Below the pieces are notes generated by a model that was not told where the DNA came from, ran no database searches, and was given only the letters and a program-made list of their open reading frames with translations. Below are positions 1-11,399 of a DNA stretch of 64,000 bases, one piece after another; position 1 is the first letter of the stretch, and each line of letters begins with the position of its first letter. The translations under genes were made by a program, and so were the position numbers. Source of the stretch: Anaeramoeba ignava BMAN (Eukaryota > Protista > Anaeramoebae); assembly GCA_028826165.1 (NCBI GenBank), contig JAPDFW010000092.1, positions 1 through 64,000 of the forward strand. The letters are read 5' to 3'.

Positions 1-70
1 AAAATCAAAATTTTTCTTCAGTTTTCTAAAATAATGAAATAAAATCAGTTAAAGATAAATAAAAATTCAC

Positions 71-382
71 CAATATATTGATAGGATAAATTTAATTGAA
101 GAAGTTTCTCAAGAATTTTATCAATCACAAAATTTGTCCATTTGCTGGCTCTATTATGATTATAGGGCTCAGATTGCAAAGTGGACTCAATCGCCTTTGG
201 GAAATGTAAATATAAATATTGAATTTAGTTTTAAAAAATTTTAAAAGAGTAAAATTTGATTTAAATCAGTTTTAAATTTTTCTCTAATTATTCTTATATT
301 ATTTTTTTTTCTTCACCTCTTTCATAAATTCTGTTATTTTCTCTTTGTAACTTTGAAATGTATTGTTCACAGTATTTTCCAT
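71..382 (-). CDS. DYNLT1: Tctex-1 family dynein light chain (3' part runs off the window start); exons 382-317, 194-71
   Basis: Manual splice across GT-AG introns gives MENTVNNTFQSYKEKITEFMKE|AIESTLQSEPYNHNRASKWTNFVIDKILEKLLQLNLSYQYI, matching the Tctex-1 pattern KEAIES...Y.H..V..WT..VV...L..L......KYIV. TCATTTT motifs lie upstream. Not in the ORF track. Confidence 0.85.
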
Positions 383-541
383 AAGGAGGGTTAAAGTAAA
401 TAAATGGAAGAAATAAACAAACAATGAAGCAAAAAAAAATGAAAAAAAAAAAATGAAAAAAAAATTTTTCTTTTATTTAAAAAGCTGAGTAAAAAAAAGA
501 AAAAATTAATCATTTTTATTCTTATCCACTTTTGTTCTTCT

Positions 542-2696
542 TTAAATTTTTTTAATTAACCAATCCCCAAATTCTTGGATCATCTTTTGAGACTCTTTAG
601 GCATTTCAAGTTGAGTTGATTGAGATGCTTGCTTTATAGCAGATCGTATTCCTGCTTTTGTATAAGGAACACCTGTTAAAAATTTAGTTAATTCATCAAT
701 CATTGTTGAATAAAGAGCATCTGAATAAATTTTTGCTTCTTCAATAATTCCTTGATTAACACATAAATAAATATCAATTAATCCCCAATCAAATCTTGTT
801 GACATTTCATGTGAAAATCTTGGAGTTGCACCAAATCTCCAATTCCAATCCTAAAAAAACAAAAAAACAAAAAACAAATTTCAATCCAAAAAAAATTTCC
901 AAAAAAATGAAAGGAATTATTATTATTTTTATTTTTTTTTGTTATTGTTACTTGTAAAAATTCATAATATTCCTTAATTTTTTTTTCTTGATCAACAAAT
1001 TTTTGATCTAGATATTGAATCTTATTATTTTTATTATTTTAAAAAAATTTGGATTAGAAAATTCATTTGAAAAATTCGAAATTTGATTTGATATTTTAAC
1101 TTTTTACTTGACATTCTGAATTATAAAAATCAAAGAAAGTTTGAATAATTGATTTTGATAAAGAATCATGAGTGATATCTTTAGAAAAAGAAGAAAGATT
1201 AGTAACACGAGATCTTACACTATCAACACCTTTACTTTTCAATTTTTCTTTATTAACAGTTAAATATTGAGAAAGAGCATTTAAATCAACTGAAATCATT
1301 AAAGTTCCGTGATGAAAAGCTCTATCTGGTGTAATTTTATATGCTGAACCTGATATTTTCATTCCGTTAACTGTTATATCATTTCTTCCTGAAATTTCAG
1401 CTTTAACTCCAAATTTTGCTATTGAATCACAAATAATTTTAGAATTTATTTCTTTTGCATAATCTTCTTTTGCACTTAAAAAAGTAAAATTTGTATTTCC
1501 AAGATCCTAATTTTAATTAAAATTGTTATAAAATTTAATTAAATTTGATATAAAATTGATTTAAAATTTTTTGATTTAAAATTGATTTAAAATTAATATA
1601 AAATTGATTTAAAAATTTAAAATTTAAAATTTTAAAATTGATTTAAAATTGATTTAAAATTGATTAAAAAATTGATATAAAATTGATTTAAAAATTTGAT
1701 TGATTTAAAATTAATATAAAATTTGATTTGAAATTGATTAAAAAAATTTAAAATTGATATAAAATTGATATAAAATTGATTTAAAATTGATATAAAATTG
1801 ATATAAAATTGATTTAAAATTGATTTAAAATTGATTTAAAATTGATAAAAAATTGATTTAAAAATTGATATAAAAATTGATATAAAATTGATTTAAAATT
1901 GATTTAAAATTAATATAAAATTAATATAAAATTAAATTTAAAATTGATTTAAAATTGATTTAAAATTGATTTAAAATTGATGATATAAAATTGATTTAAA
2001 ATTGATATAAAATTGATATAAAATTGATATAAAATTGATTTAAAATTGATTTAAAATTGATTTAAAATTGATTTAAAATTGATTTAAAATTGATTTAAAA
2101 TTGATTTAAAATTGATTTAAAATTGATTTAAAATTGATATAAAATTGATATAAAATTGATATAAAATTGATTTAAAATTGATTTAAAATTGATTTAAAAT
2201 TGATAAAATTGATTTAAAATTGATTTAAAATTGATTTAAAATTAATTTAAAATTGATTTAAAATTGATTTAAAATTGATATAAAATGAAGATATAAAAGA
2301 ATCTACTTGGTAAACAGCACCACCACCACTTTTTCTTCTTGAAAGAAAAACTTGATTTTGTTCCATTTTACTTAAATTACATTCTTTCCAAGGATTTTGA
2401 TGTTTTCCAATAACAACAGTTGGACTATTTCTCCAAAGAAAAAGAGTTCTATAATGTGGATCATTATCTAATAAAAGCCACTCTTCTGTTGCTAAATTCC
2501 AAAATGGATTATCAAATTTGGAAATAAATACTTTAACTGGAGTTTTTTTTTTTTGCTTTTTTTCTTCTTTTTTTTCAGAATGAAAATTTCTTATTATTTT
2601 TTCATTAATTTTCCCAAATGAATTAATTGGAAATTTGACAAGATTTGAAAAATTTTTTAAAATTATTGAATTTTTGGAAAATAAACTTTGAATCAT
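542..2696 (-). CDS. lplA: Lipoate-protein ligase A with N-terminal putative mitochondrion-related-organelle presequence; exons 2696-2307, 1506-1108, 1020-952, 850-542
   Basis: Motifs NLATEEWL, LWRNSPTVVIGKHQNPWKECN, RRKSGGGAVYQ|DLGNTNFTF, KISGSAY, HHGTL, SKGVDSVRSRVTNL, WNWRFGATPRF and a bacterial-type C-terminal domain (FDWGLIDI...AKIYSDAL). All introns are GT-AG and in frame. Confidence 0.95.
1520..2290. repeat. 11-bp tandem satellite (AAAATTGATTT/AAAATTGATAT) filling lplA intron 1
   Basis: Directly visible tandem array inside intron 1507-2306. Confidence 0.95.
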
Positions 2697-2810
2697 TTAA
2701 ATGAAAAAAATGAAAAAAAAAATGAAAAAAAAAAATTCATTTCAATTTTTTTTGAATTTTTATTTAATAAAAAATATTGAAAAATTTTAATAAAATAAAT
2801 TCTTCTTTTT

Positions 2811-3038
2811 TCATTTTTTTAAATCATTTGAATTTTCTTGATTCAATTCTTCTTTTTGTTGTTGTGATAATAAAGAATCAATTTGACTAGAAATTGTTTT
2901 AGAAATTTTAGCAATTTTTGAGTTTTGTTTTTCAATTTTAGAAATTTGTTGTTCAATTTCTTTATTTCTTTTTGTAATGTTTTCGTAATTTTGGTTAATT
3001 TTATCAATAATATTTATCATATTTTCAACATCTGTCAT
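2811..3038 (-). CDS. Small (75 aa) coiled-coil protein, hypothetical
   Basis: ATG at 3038 with AAAATG context and upstream TCATTTT motif; heptad-like MINIIDKINQNYENITKRNKEIEQQISKIEKQN; head-to-head with the RCC1-BTB gene. Confidence 0.6.
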   Translation of the reverse strand: MTDVENMINIIDKINQNYENITKRNKEIEQQISKIEKQNSKIAKISKTISSQIDSLLSQQQKEELNQENSNDLKK

Positions 3039-3113
3039 TTTTATTAAAAGAAAAAATGAAAAAATTAAAAAATTCAAAAATCATTTTTTTTCATTTTTTT
3101 CTTTTTTTTTAAA
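3039..3113. promoter_or_regulatory. Compact bidirectional promoter with initiator-like TCATTTT motifs on both strands
   Basis: Only 75 bp between divergent ATGs (3038-, 3114+); AAAATGAAAAA near 3053 and TCATTTTTT at 3081 and 3091. Confidence 0.6.
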
Positions 3114-5024
3114 ATGAATGAAATTTTATTTTGTGGAAGAAATGAAGAACCAAAACTTTTCAAAAATGAATCAAATGAAATAAAAAAACCAATTCAATTT
3201 AAATTTGAAAATGAAAATGAAAATGAAAATGAAAATGAAAATGAAAATGAAAATGAAAATGAAAATGAAAATGAAAATGAAAATGAAAATGAAAATGAAA
3301 ATGAAAATGAAAATGAAAATGAAAATGAAAAACAAATTAAACAAATTTCATCAAGTAATTTTTCAACAATTTTCCTTTTTAAAAATGGAAAAGCAATAGA
3401 ATATTTAAATAGAAATGATTCAAAACAAAATCCTCAAAAAATCCAAATTGAAGAAAATATTCAAAAAGTAACTGTTGGTGTTCGAGATGAAACTATTTTA
3501 ACAAAAGAAGGAAATGTATTTGCAAAAGGATTTGGGATTAATCCAAAAAATCCAAAAGAATTTATCAATATTTCATCATTAATTGAAGATACAAATGATA
3601 GAATAATTCAAGATATTGTTTCTGGAGAAGATTCAATTTACTTATTAACTTTAAATCAAAATGCTTATGGAATTGGTGCAAATTATTTTGGCCAACTTGG
3701 TTTTGATTCTAAAACACTTAAAGAAACAGAAAAACCAATTTTAATGATGAAAAATGTTTCTAAAATATTTTCAGGAAGTTTCTCAAGATTCGTTTTTCTT
3801 TTAAATTCAAATCAAGAATTATTTGGATGTGGATATAATCATGGTAAACTTGGATTAGGAGAATCAAGAAAAGAAGAAGCAAAAATCCAAAAATTAACCA
3901 AAATACAAAATATTCCAAAAGGCAAAATAATTGATATTCAATGTGCTGCTCCTTATTCAGTAATGCTGATTGAAGATGAAAATCAAAATCCAAAAAGAAA
4001 ACTTTATTCATGTGGAAATTTTTTAAGAGGTTTACCGATCGAAGATACAATTCAAAGTTCAACAGAATTTACTGAAATCAAATCACGTTTATTTCAATAT
4101 AATGATATTCTTGAAATTTCTTGTGGAGAATCTCATACTTTGATTTTAACAAGATATTCAAAGATGATAGGATTTGGAAGTAATTACTATGGTCAATTAG
4201 GAACTGGAAAATCAAGTGATCAATTTTTTCCAATTCAAATTGAACTTCCTAAATTAAGATTTAAAGGAAATATTTCCAATTATCATCTTTGTTGCGGATC
4301 TCATAAATCATTTCTTTATTATTCTTCTCCTTCTTTTTCCAATCTTGAAGAAGATTTGATAAAACTATTTAAAAGAAAAGAATTTTGTGATATTTCATTT
4401 AAAACAGAAAATGGAGAAATAATTGAAGCTCATAAATTAATATTACAGCTCAAAATCATAGAAGAAAATCAAGATCAAAATCAAAATCAAAATCAAAATC
4501 AAAATCAATTCGAAAAACTTCAAGACTTCATTTCAAAAAAATCAATTAAAGAATCAAATCAAATATTTGAAATGATTTATTCAAATAATTCTGAAAAAGA
4601 TATAAATTTATCTTTTGAAATTTTACTTGAAGCTGAATTAGATTTATTTGATCCAATTGAAGAAACAATGAAAAGAATTTATTTAAATGAAAATGAAAAA
4701 GATTTTATTATTGAAAGAAAAGAAAAACAATATAAATTTCCTAAATTAATATTAATAATGAGAAGTGAATTATATCGAGGAATGTTTTTATCTGTAACTG
4801 AAGATAAATCTAATAAAGTTACAGATTATAGTGAATTAAGTGAAGAAGCATTTGAAATATTAGAATATTGGATTTATTCAAATCAAATTAAAGATGAAAT
4901 TAAAATTACACAAGAAATTATTGATGAAATTCAAAGAGGAATTGATTATTTTCAATTAAATCAAACAAATCCAAATTTATTTGATTTATTAACTAAGCAA
5001 TTTCTTAAACAAAATTACAATTAA
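3114..5024 (+). CDS. RCC1-repeat / BTB-POZ domain protein (paralogue 1)
   Basis: RCC1 repeats (GANYFGQLG, ISCGESHTLIL, FGSNYYGQLGTG) followed by two BTB-like segments (FCDISF...IEAHKLIL; KDFIIE...KLILIMRSELYRGMF); ~20x EN tract; intronless. Confidence 0.9.
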   Translation: MNEILFCGRNEEPKLFKNESNEIKKPIQFKFENENENENENENENENENENENENENENENENENENENENEKQIKQISSSNFSTIFLFKNGKAIEYLNRNDSKQNPQKIQIEENIQKVTVGVRDETILTKEGNVFAKGFGINPKNPKEFINISSLIEDTNDRIIQDIVSGEDSIYLLTLNQNAYGIGANYFGQLGFDSKTLKETEKPILMMKNVSKIFSGSFSRFVFLLNSNQELFGCGYNHGKLGLGESRKEEAKIQKLTKIQNIPKGKIIDIQCAAPYSVMLIEDENQNPKRKLYSCGNFLRGLPIEDTIQSSTEFTEIKSRLFQYNDILEISCGESHTLILTRYSKMIGFGSNYYGQLGTGKSSDQFFPIQIELPKLRFKGNISNYHLCCGSHKSFLYYSSPSFSNLEEDLIKLFKRKEFCDISFKTENGEIIEAHKLILQLKIIEENQDQNQNQNQNQNQFEKLQDFISKKSIKESNQIFEMIYSNNSEKDINLSFEILLEAELDLFDPIEETMKRIYLNENEKDFIIERKEKQYKFPKLILIMRSELYRGMFLSVTEDKSNKVTDYSELSEEAFEILEYWIYSNQIKDEIKITQEIIDEIQRGIDYFQLNQTNPNLFDLLTKQFLKQNYN

Positions 5025-5123
5025 AATCAAAATTAAAATTAAAATTAAAATCAAAATTAAAATCAAAATTAAAATTAAAATTAAAATTAAAAAATCATTT
5101 TTTTCATTTTTTTCTTTTCAAAA

Positions 5124-6893
5124 ATGAATGATTGTTTATTTTGTGGAAGAAATAAAAAACCAAAAATTTTCAAAAATAAACCAAATAAAATAACAAAACC
5201 TATTCAATTTAAATTTGAAAATGAAAATGAAAATGAAAATGAAAATGAAAAACAAATTAAACAAATTTCATCATCAACTTTTTCAACAATTTTCCTTTTT
5301 AAAAATGGAAAAGCAATAGAATACTTAAATGAAAATGATTCAAAACAAAATCCTGAAAAAATCCAAATTGAAGAAAATATTCAAAAAGTAACTGTTGGTT
5401 TTTCAAATGAAGCTATTTTAACAATAGAAGGAAATGTATTTGCCAAAGGAGATGATATTAATCCAAAAAATCCAAAAGAATTTATCAATATTTCATCATT
5501 AATTGAAGATACAAATGATAGAATAATTCAAGATATTGTTTCTGGAGCTAGTTCAATTTACTTATTAACTTCAAATCAAAATGCTTATGGAATTGGTTCA
5601 AATTATTTTGGTCAACTTGGTTTTGATTTTGAAACACTTGAAGAAACAGAAAAACCAATTTTAATGATGAAAAATGTTTCTAAAATATTTTCAGGAAGTA
5701 TTTCAAATCATGTTTTTCTTTTAAATTTAAATCAAGAATTATTTGGATGTGGATTTAATCAATATGGTCGGCTTGGATTAGAAGAATCAATAAGAGAAGA
5801 AACAAAAATCCAAAAATTAACCAAAATCCAAAATATTCCAAAAGGCAAAATAATTGATATTCAATGTGATGTTCACTCAATAATGTTGATTGAAGATGAA
5901 GATCAAAAGGAAAATCCAAAAAGAAAACTTTATTCATGTGGAAATTATCTATTTAATGGACTTGGCAAAAATGGAGATACTTATGAATTTACTGAAATCA
6001 AATCATCTTTATTTGAAAATGATGATATTATTGATTTTTCTGTTGGAAATGGTCATACTTTGATTTTAACTTCTAATTCAAAATTAATTGGATTTGGTTC
6101 TAATTATTATGGTCAATTAGGAACTGGAGATATAAATAATCAATATATTCCAATTAAAATTGAACTTCCTAAATTAAGATTTAATGAAAATATTTCCAAT
6201 TATCATGTTCTTTGTGAATATAACAAATCATTTCTTTTTCTTTCTCCTTCTTTTTCCAATCTTGAAGAAGATTTGATAAAATTATTTGAAAGAAAAGAAT
6301 TTTGTGATATTTCATTTAAAACCAAAAATGGAGAAATAATTGAAGCTCATAAATTAATATTGAAATATAGATTAAATCAAAATCAAAATCAAATTGAAAA
6401 ACTTCAACAAATTATTTCAAAAAAATCAATTAAAGAATCAAATCAAATATTTGAAATGATTTATTCAAACAGAATAATAAATCCAAAATTATATTATGAA
6501 ATTAAAGAAATTATAAATTTAAATGAAAAAATTGAAGAAACAATGAAAAGAATTTATTTAAATGAAAATGAAAAAGATTTTATAATTGAAAGAAAAGAAA
6601 AACAATATAAATTTCCTAAATTAATATTAATAATGAGAAGTGAATTATATCGAGGAATGTTTTTATCTGTAACAAATGATACTTCTAATAAAGTTACAGA
6701 TTATAGTGAATTAAGTAATAAATCATTTCAAATATTTGAATATTGGATTTATTCAAATCAAATTAAAGATGAAATTCAAATTACACAAGAAATGATTGAT
6801 GAAATTCAAATAGGAATTGATTATTTTCAATTAAATCAAACAAATCCAAATTTATTTGATTTATTAATTAACAAATTTAATAATCAAAATTAA
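5124..6893 (+). CDS. RCC1-repeat / BTB-POZ domain protein (paralogue 2)
   Basis: Tandem paralogue of 3114-5024 with the same architecture and long stretches of identical DNA. Confidence 0.9.
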   Translation: MNDCLFCGRNKKPKIFKNKPNKITKPIQFKFENENENENENEKQIKQISSSTFSTIFLFKNGKAIEYLNENDSKQNPEKIQIEENIQKVTVGFSNEAILTIEGNVFAKGDDINPKNPKEFINISSLIEDTNDRIIQDIVSGASSIYLLTSNQNAYGIGSNYFGQLGFDFETLEETEKPILMMKNVSKIFSGSISNHVFLLNLNQELFGCGFNQYGRLGLEESIREETKIQKLTKIQNIPKGKIIDIQCDVHSIMLIEDEDQKENPKRKLYSCGNYLFNGLGKNGDTYEFTEIKSSLFENDDIIDFSVGNGHTLILTSNSKLIGFGSNYYGQLGTGDINNQYIPIKIELPKLRFNENISNYHVLCEYNKSFLFLSPSFSNLEEDLIKLFERKEFCDISFKTKNGEIIEAHKLILKYRLNQNQNQIEKLQQIISKKSIKESNQIFEMIYSNRIINPKLYYEIKEIINLNEKIEETMKRIYLNENEKDFIIERKEKQYKFPKLILIMRSELYRGMFLSVTNDTSNKVTDYSELSNKSFQIFEYWIYSNQIKDEIQITQEMIDEIQIGIDYFQLNQTNPNLFDLLINKFNNQN

Positions 6894-8322
6894 TATAAAA
6901 AATGAGAATAAGTTTAATTTAATAACTAATTTATAAATTAATTTTAAAAATATAATTTAATATTTAATTTTATTATTAAAATAATAATTTAATGTTTTAG
7001 ATTTAAATATTTTATTATTTAAATATTTAACATATAAATATAAAAAATAAGAATAAGTTTAATTTAATATTTAATTTATAAATTAATTTAAAAATATAAT
7101 TTAATATTTAATTTTATTATTAAAATAATAATTTAATGTTTTAGATTTAAATATTTTATTATTTAAATATTTAACATATAAATATAAAAAATAAGAATAG
7201 TTTAATTTAATATTTAATTTACAAATTAATTTAAAAATATAATTTAATATTTAATTTTATTATTAAAATAATAATTTAATGTTTTAGATTTAAATATTTT
7301 ATTATTTAAATATTAACATATAAATATAAAAATGAAAATAGATTTAATTTAATATTTAATTTATAAATTAATTTAAAAATATAATTTAGTATTTAATTTT
7401 ATTAATAAAATAATAATTTATTGTTTTAGATTTAAATATTTTATTATTTAAATATTTAACATATAAATATAAAAATAAAGAATAGATTTAATTTAATATT
7501 TAATTTATAAATCAATTTAAAAATATAATTTAATATTTAATTTTATTATTAAATTAATAATTTAATGTTTTAGATTTAAATATTTTATTATTTAAAAATA
7601 TTTAACATAAAAATATAAAAATGAGAATAAGTTTAATTTAATATTTAATTTAAAAATTAATTTAAAAATATAATTTAATATTTAATTTTATTATTAAAAT
7701 AATAATTTAATGTTTTAGATTTAAATATTTTATTATTTAATTATTTAACATATAAATATAAAAATGAGAATAGGTTTGATTTAATATTTAATTTATAAAT
7801 TAATTTAAAAATATAATTTCTAAATTAATTTTATTATTAAAATAATAATGTATTGTTTTAGATTTAAATATTTTATTATTTTAAATATTTAACATAAAAA
7901 TATAAAAATGAAAATTATTTTAATTTAATATTTAATTTATAAATCAATTTGAAAAATATAATTTAATATTTAATTTTATTATTAAAACAATAATTTAATG
8001 TTTTTAGATTTAAATATTTTATTATTTAAATATTTAACATATAAATATAAAAATGAAAATAGATTTAATTTAATATTTAATTAATAAATTAATTTAAAAA
8101 TATAATTTAATATTTAATTTTATTATTAAATTAATAATTTAATGTTTTAGATTTAAATATTTTATTATTTAAATATTTAACATATAAATATAAAAATAAG
8201 AATAGATTTAATTTAATATTTAATTTACAAATTAATTTAAAAATATAATTTAATATTTAATTTTATGTTTAAAATAATAATTTAATGTTTTAGATTTAAA
8301 TATTTTATTATTTAAAAATATT
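6894..8322. repeat. ~144-bp AT-rich minisatellite, about 10 copies
   Basis: Landmarks (GA/AA)GAATA(A)GTTT/GATTT and AATGTTTTAGATTTAAATATTTT recur at about 6904, 7049, 7193, 7334, 7478, 7623, 7766, 7910, 8055 and 8198. Confidence 0.9.
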
Positions 8323-8699
8323 TTGAAAATTGATTTTTGAAATTAAAATTTTATCTTTTTGAATTAAATTGAATTAATATTAATTTGGAAATTTGTTTTT
8401 AAATTTAAATTTATTAATAATTTTTAAATTCCAAAAAAAAAAATTAAATTAAAAATTAAATTAAAATAATTTTCCTTTTTAATAATAAAAATTAATAAAA
8501 ATAATAATAATTTATTAATAAATTAATTTAAAATAATAAATTAAAAAGAAAATTAAATTAATTATTAATTTAAATTTATTCTTATTTTTTATATTTTTAT
8601 TTATTTTCAAAATCCACTTTTTTTATTCATTTTTTTTCATTTTTTTTTTCATTTTTTTCCTTTTTTTTAAAAAACAAAAACAAAAACAAAAAAAACAAA

Positions 8700-10427
8700 A
8701 TGGATAATAATAATAATAATAACCAAATTGAAAATGCAAATCAAAATGAAAATGAAAATGAAATGAAAAATTTAGAAAAAAAAGTAACAAAAAATTTAAT
8801 TAAAAATTATTCAAACCTTTTAAATGGAAATTCATTTAAAGATTTTTCAATTTTTGTTGAGAATAAATCAAATCCTTTTGAAATTAAAGTTCATAAATCA
8901 ATTTTATCTTCAAGATCTCCTTTTTTTGATAAGTTTTTAAGAGGACAAAACGATATTGATAAAATTTTTTTAAAACAATTTAATAAAAAAGAAATGGAAT
9001 CAATTTTGAGTTATATTTATTATGGAAATATTTCTTTTGAGAATCAAGAAAATCTTATCCAATTATTGGAAATTTCAATTTATTTTAAATTAAATTTATT
9101 GAAAGAAATTATTCAAAAAAAAATTTTAAATTCAATTAATTATTCAAATTTTTTCCAATTTTTATTCCAAAATCGAAATTTAAATTTAAATGAAATTGAA
9201 ATAAAATGTTTTGAATTAATAAATCAAAATTTTTCCCAAATTCAGAATAATGAAAATTTATTCAATTTAACTAAAGAAGAAATTATCAAATTTATTCAAT
9301 TTAAACAAGAAAAAAAAGAAATTTTTCAATTTGATTTTTTTCAATTTTTAAATAATTGGATTGAAAAAAGAGTTAATTCATTAAAATTAAGGAAATATAA
9401 ACACAAAATGAATGCAAAGAAAAGATTATTTCATTCTTTTTTTTCATTATTTGATAAAGATTCAATTTCAAAACAAGATTTTGATAAATTAAAACAATTT
9501 GATTTTTTTCTTCCAAATTCTTTTTTAGTTGATATTCAAAACAAAGTTATTCAAGATAATCAAAAAGAAATTGAAAACAAAGAGAAAGAAAATCAACAAA
9601 TGAAAATTGAAATTGAAGATAAAAACAAAGAAATTGAAAAGAATCAAAAAGAAATTGAAAAGAATCAAAAAGAAATTGAAGATAAAAACAAAGAAATTGA
9701 AAAGAATCAAAAAGAAATTGAAGATAAAGAGAAAGAAAATCAACAAATGAAAATTGAAATTGAAGAGAAATGGAAGAAAGAGGTTGAAGATATGAAACCT
9801 ATTTTTGATAAATATCGAGATCAATATCAAAAAGATTTGGAATATGAAAAGAAAATGAAGGAATTCGGAAAAGCATTTTCAGATTCAGAAATTATTAAAG
9901 ATATTGAATATGTTAAGAAATTACAAGAATGGATAAATGATAATGATTTTTTTTCTAAAATGAAAAAAGGATTTTCAGCAAATAGAGATGGATTTAATTC
10001 TAAAAAATGGCATAAAAAAGTTGATGGGAAAGGAAAAACATTAGTTATTATCAAAACAAAAGATAATTTTATTTTTGGAGGTTTTACTCAAGTTGGATTT
10101 AATGGAAATAAAGGAAATATTAATGATTCAAATGCATTTATTTTTTCATTAAGAAATGATAAAGGGGATAGAATACCTGCAAAGTTTACAATTAAACAAG
10201 GTCAAGAACAAAATGCAATTCATTCTCATTTAGATCATGGTCCAGTATTTGGTAGTGATGGAACTGATTTTCGTTTATCTTCTAATTTACAACCTGGTTT
10301 ATCACAATTTGGTTCTAGATATAATCTACCTAATGGAATTACTTATAATACAAATGAAGCTCAAAGTTATTTAGCTGGTTCTTATAATAAATGGGTTGTT
10401 GATGAAGTTGAAACTTATTTCATTTAA
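8700..10427 (+). CDS. BTB/POZ - coiled coil - TLDc domain protein
   Basis: BTB (FKDFSIFV...IKVHKSILSSRSPFF...ILSYIYYG); central KEIEKNQ coiled-coil repeats; TLDc (FSANRDGFNSKKWHKKVDGKGKTLVIIKTKDNFIFGGFT...AFIFSL...GPVFG...VDEVETY). Confidence 0.92.
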   Translation: MDNNNNNNQIENANQNENENEMKNLEKKVTKNLIKNYSNLLNGNSFKDFSIFVENKSNPFEIKVHKSILSSRSPFFDKFLRGQNDIDKIFLKQFNKKEMESILSYIYYGNISFENQENLIQLLEISIYFKLNLLKEIIQKKILNSINYSNFFQFLFQNRNLNLNEIEIKCFELINQNFSQIQNNENLFNLTKEEIIKFIQFKQEKKEIFQFDFFQFLNNWIEKRVNSLKLRKYKHKMNAKKRLFHSFFSLFDKDSISKQDFDKLKQFDFFLPNSFLVDIQNKVIQDNQKEIENKEKENQQMKIEIEDKNKEIEKNQKEIEKNQKEIEDKNKEIEKNQKEIEDKEKENQQMKIEIEEKWKKEVEDMKPIFDKYRDQYQKDLEYEKKMKEFGKAFSDSEIIKDIEYVKKLQEWINDNDFFSKMKKGFSANRDGFNSKKWHKKVDGKGKTLVIIKTKDNFIFGGFTQVGFNGNKGNINDSNAFIFSLRNDKGDRIPAKFTIKQGQEQNAIHSHLDHGPVFGSDGTDFRLSSNLQPGLSQFGSRYNLPNGITYNTNEAQSYLAGSYNKWVVDEVETYFI

Positions 10428-10894
10428 AAATTAATTAATAATAAGAAAATCAAACTTTTTTTTTTAATTTTTTTTTTCAAAATTTAATTCAATTTTAATT
10501 TACTTTTAATCAAATTAATTTCTTTAAAATAATAAATAAGAAACAAATTTAATTTTAAATAATTTAATTTTAATTTAAAATATTTATTAAAAATTTAATT
10601 AATAAAAAATAATCCAAAAAAAAAAATAATAAATTTTAAAAAATTGAATATTTTTAATATAATAAATAAAAATAAAAATTGAAAATAGAAATTAATAATA
10701 ATTAAATTTAAATTCATTAATTAAAATAATAAAATAAAAAAATCAAATAAAATTTATTATTAATTAATATTTAAATATTAATAAATTATAATCAAAATCA
10801 AAAATAGAATAATTAGTAAATTATTTTTAGAAAGTTTATCTTATCCAATCATGTTAAATTCAATTTATTTAAAATTTTTAATTTTTAATTTTAT

Positions 10895-11388
10895 TTTTAA
10901 TATATTTTATTATAATTAAAATTGAATAATAAATAATCAAAAATATTAATTTAATAAATAAAAATATTATATTAAATTAAAATTAAAATAAATTTAAATT
11001 AAATTATTATTAAATATTATTAAAATTAAATATTTATCTTTATTAAAATATTTATTCCATTTTTAATATATTTTATTATAATTAAAATTGAAATAATAAA
11101 TAATTAAAAATATTAAGTTAATAAATAAAAATATTATATTAAATTAAAAATAAAATAAATCTAAATTAAATTATTATTAAATATTATTAAAATTAAATAT
11201 ATATATTTATTAAAATATTTATTCCACTTTTTAATATATTTTATTATAATTAAAATTGAAATAATAAATAATCAAAAATATTAATATAATAAATAAAAAT
11301 ATTATTTCAGATTAAAATGAAATAAATTTAAATTAAATTATTATTAATTATTATTAAAAATAAATATTTATATTTATTAAAATATTTC
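10895..11388. repeat. ~167-bp minisatellite, 3 copies
   Basis: TTTTAATATATTTTATTATAATTAAAATTGAA recurs, with its TTGAA at about 10922, 11088 and 11256. Confidence 0.8.
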
Positions 11389-11399
11389 AATTTTCTTTT

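Noticed and set aside
295-430. Minus-strand frame reading FIYFNPPYGKYCEQYISKL, containing an NPPY adenine-methyltransferase-like motif
   Set aside because: No start codon and a short frame; it overlaps the 5' UTR and exon 1 of the convincing Tctex-1 gene in another frame.
6894-8322. Possible CRISPR-like array
   Set aside because: Units are full-length tandem copies without unique spacers; no cas genes; eukaryotic context.
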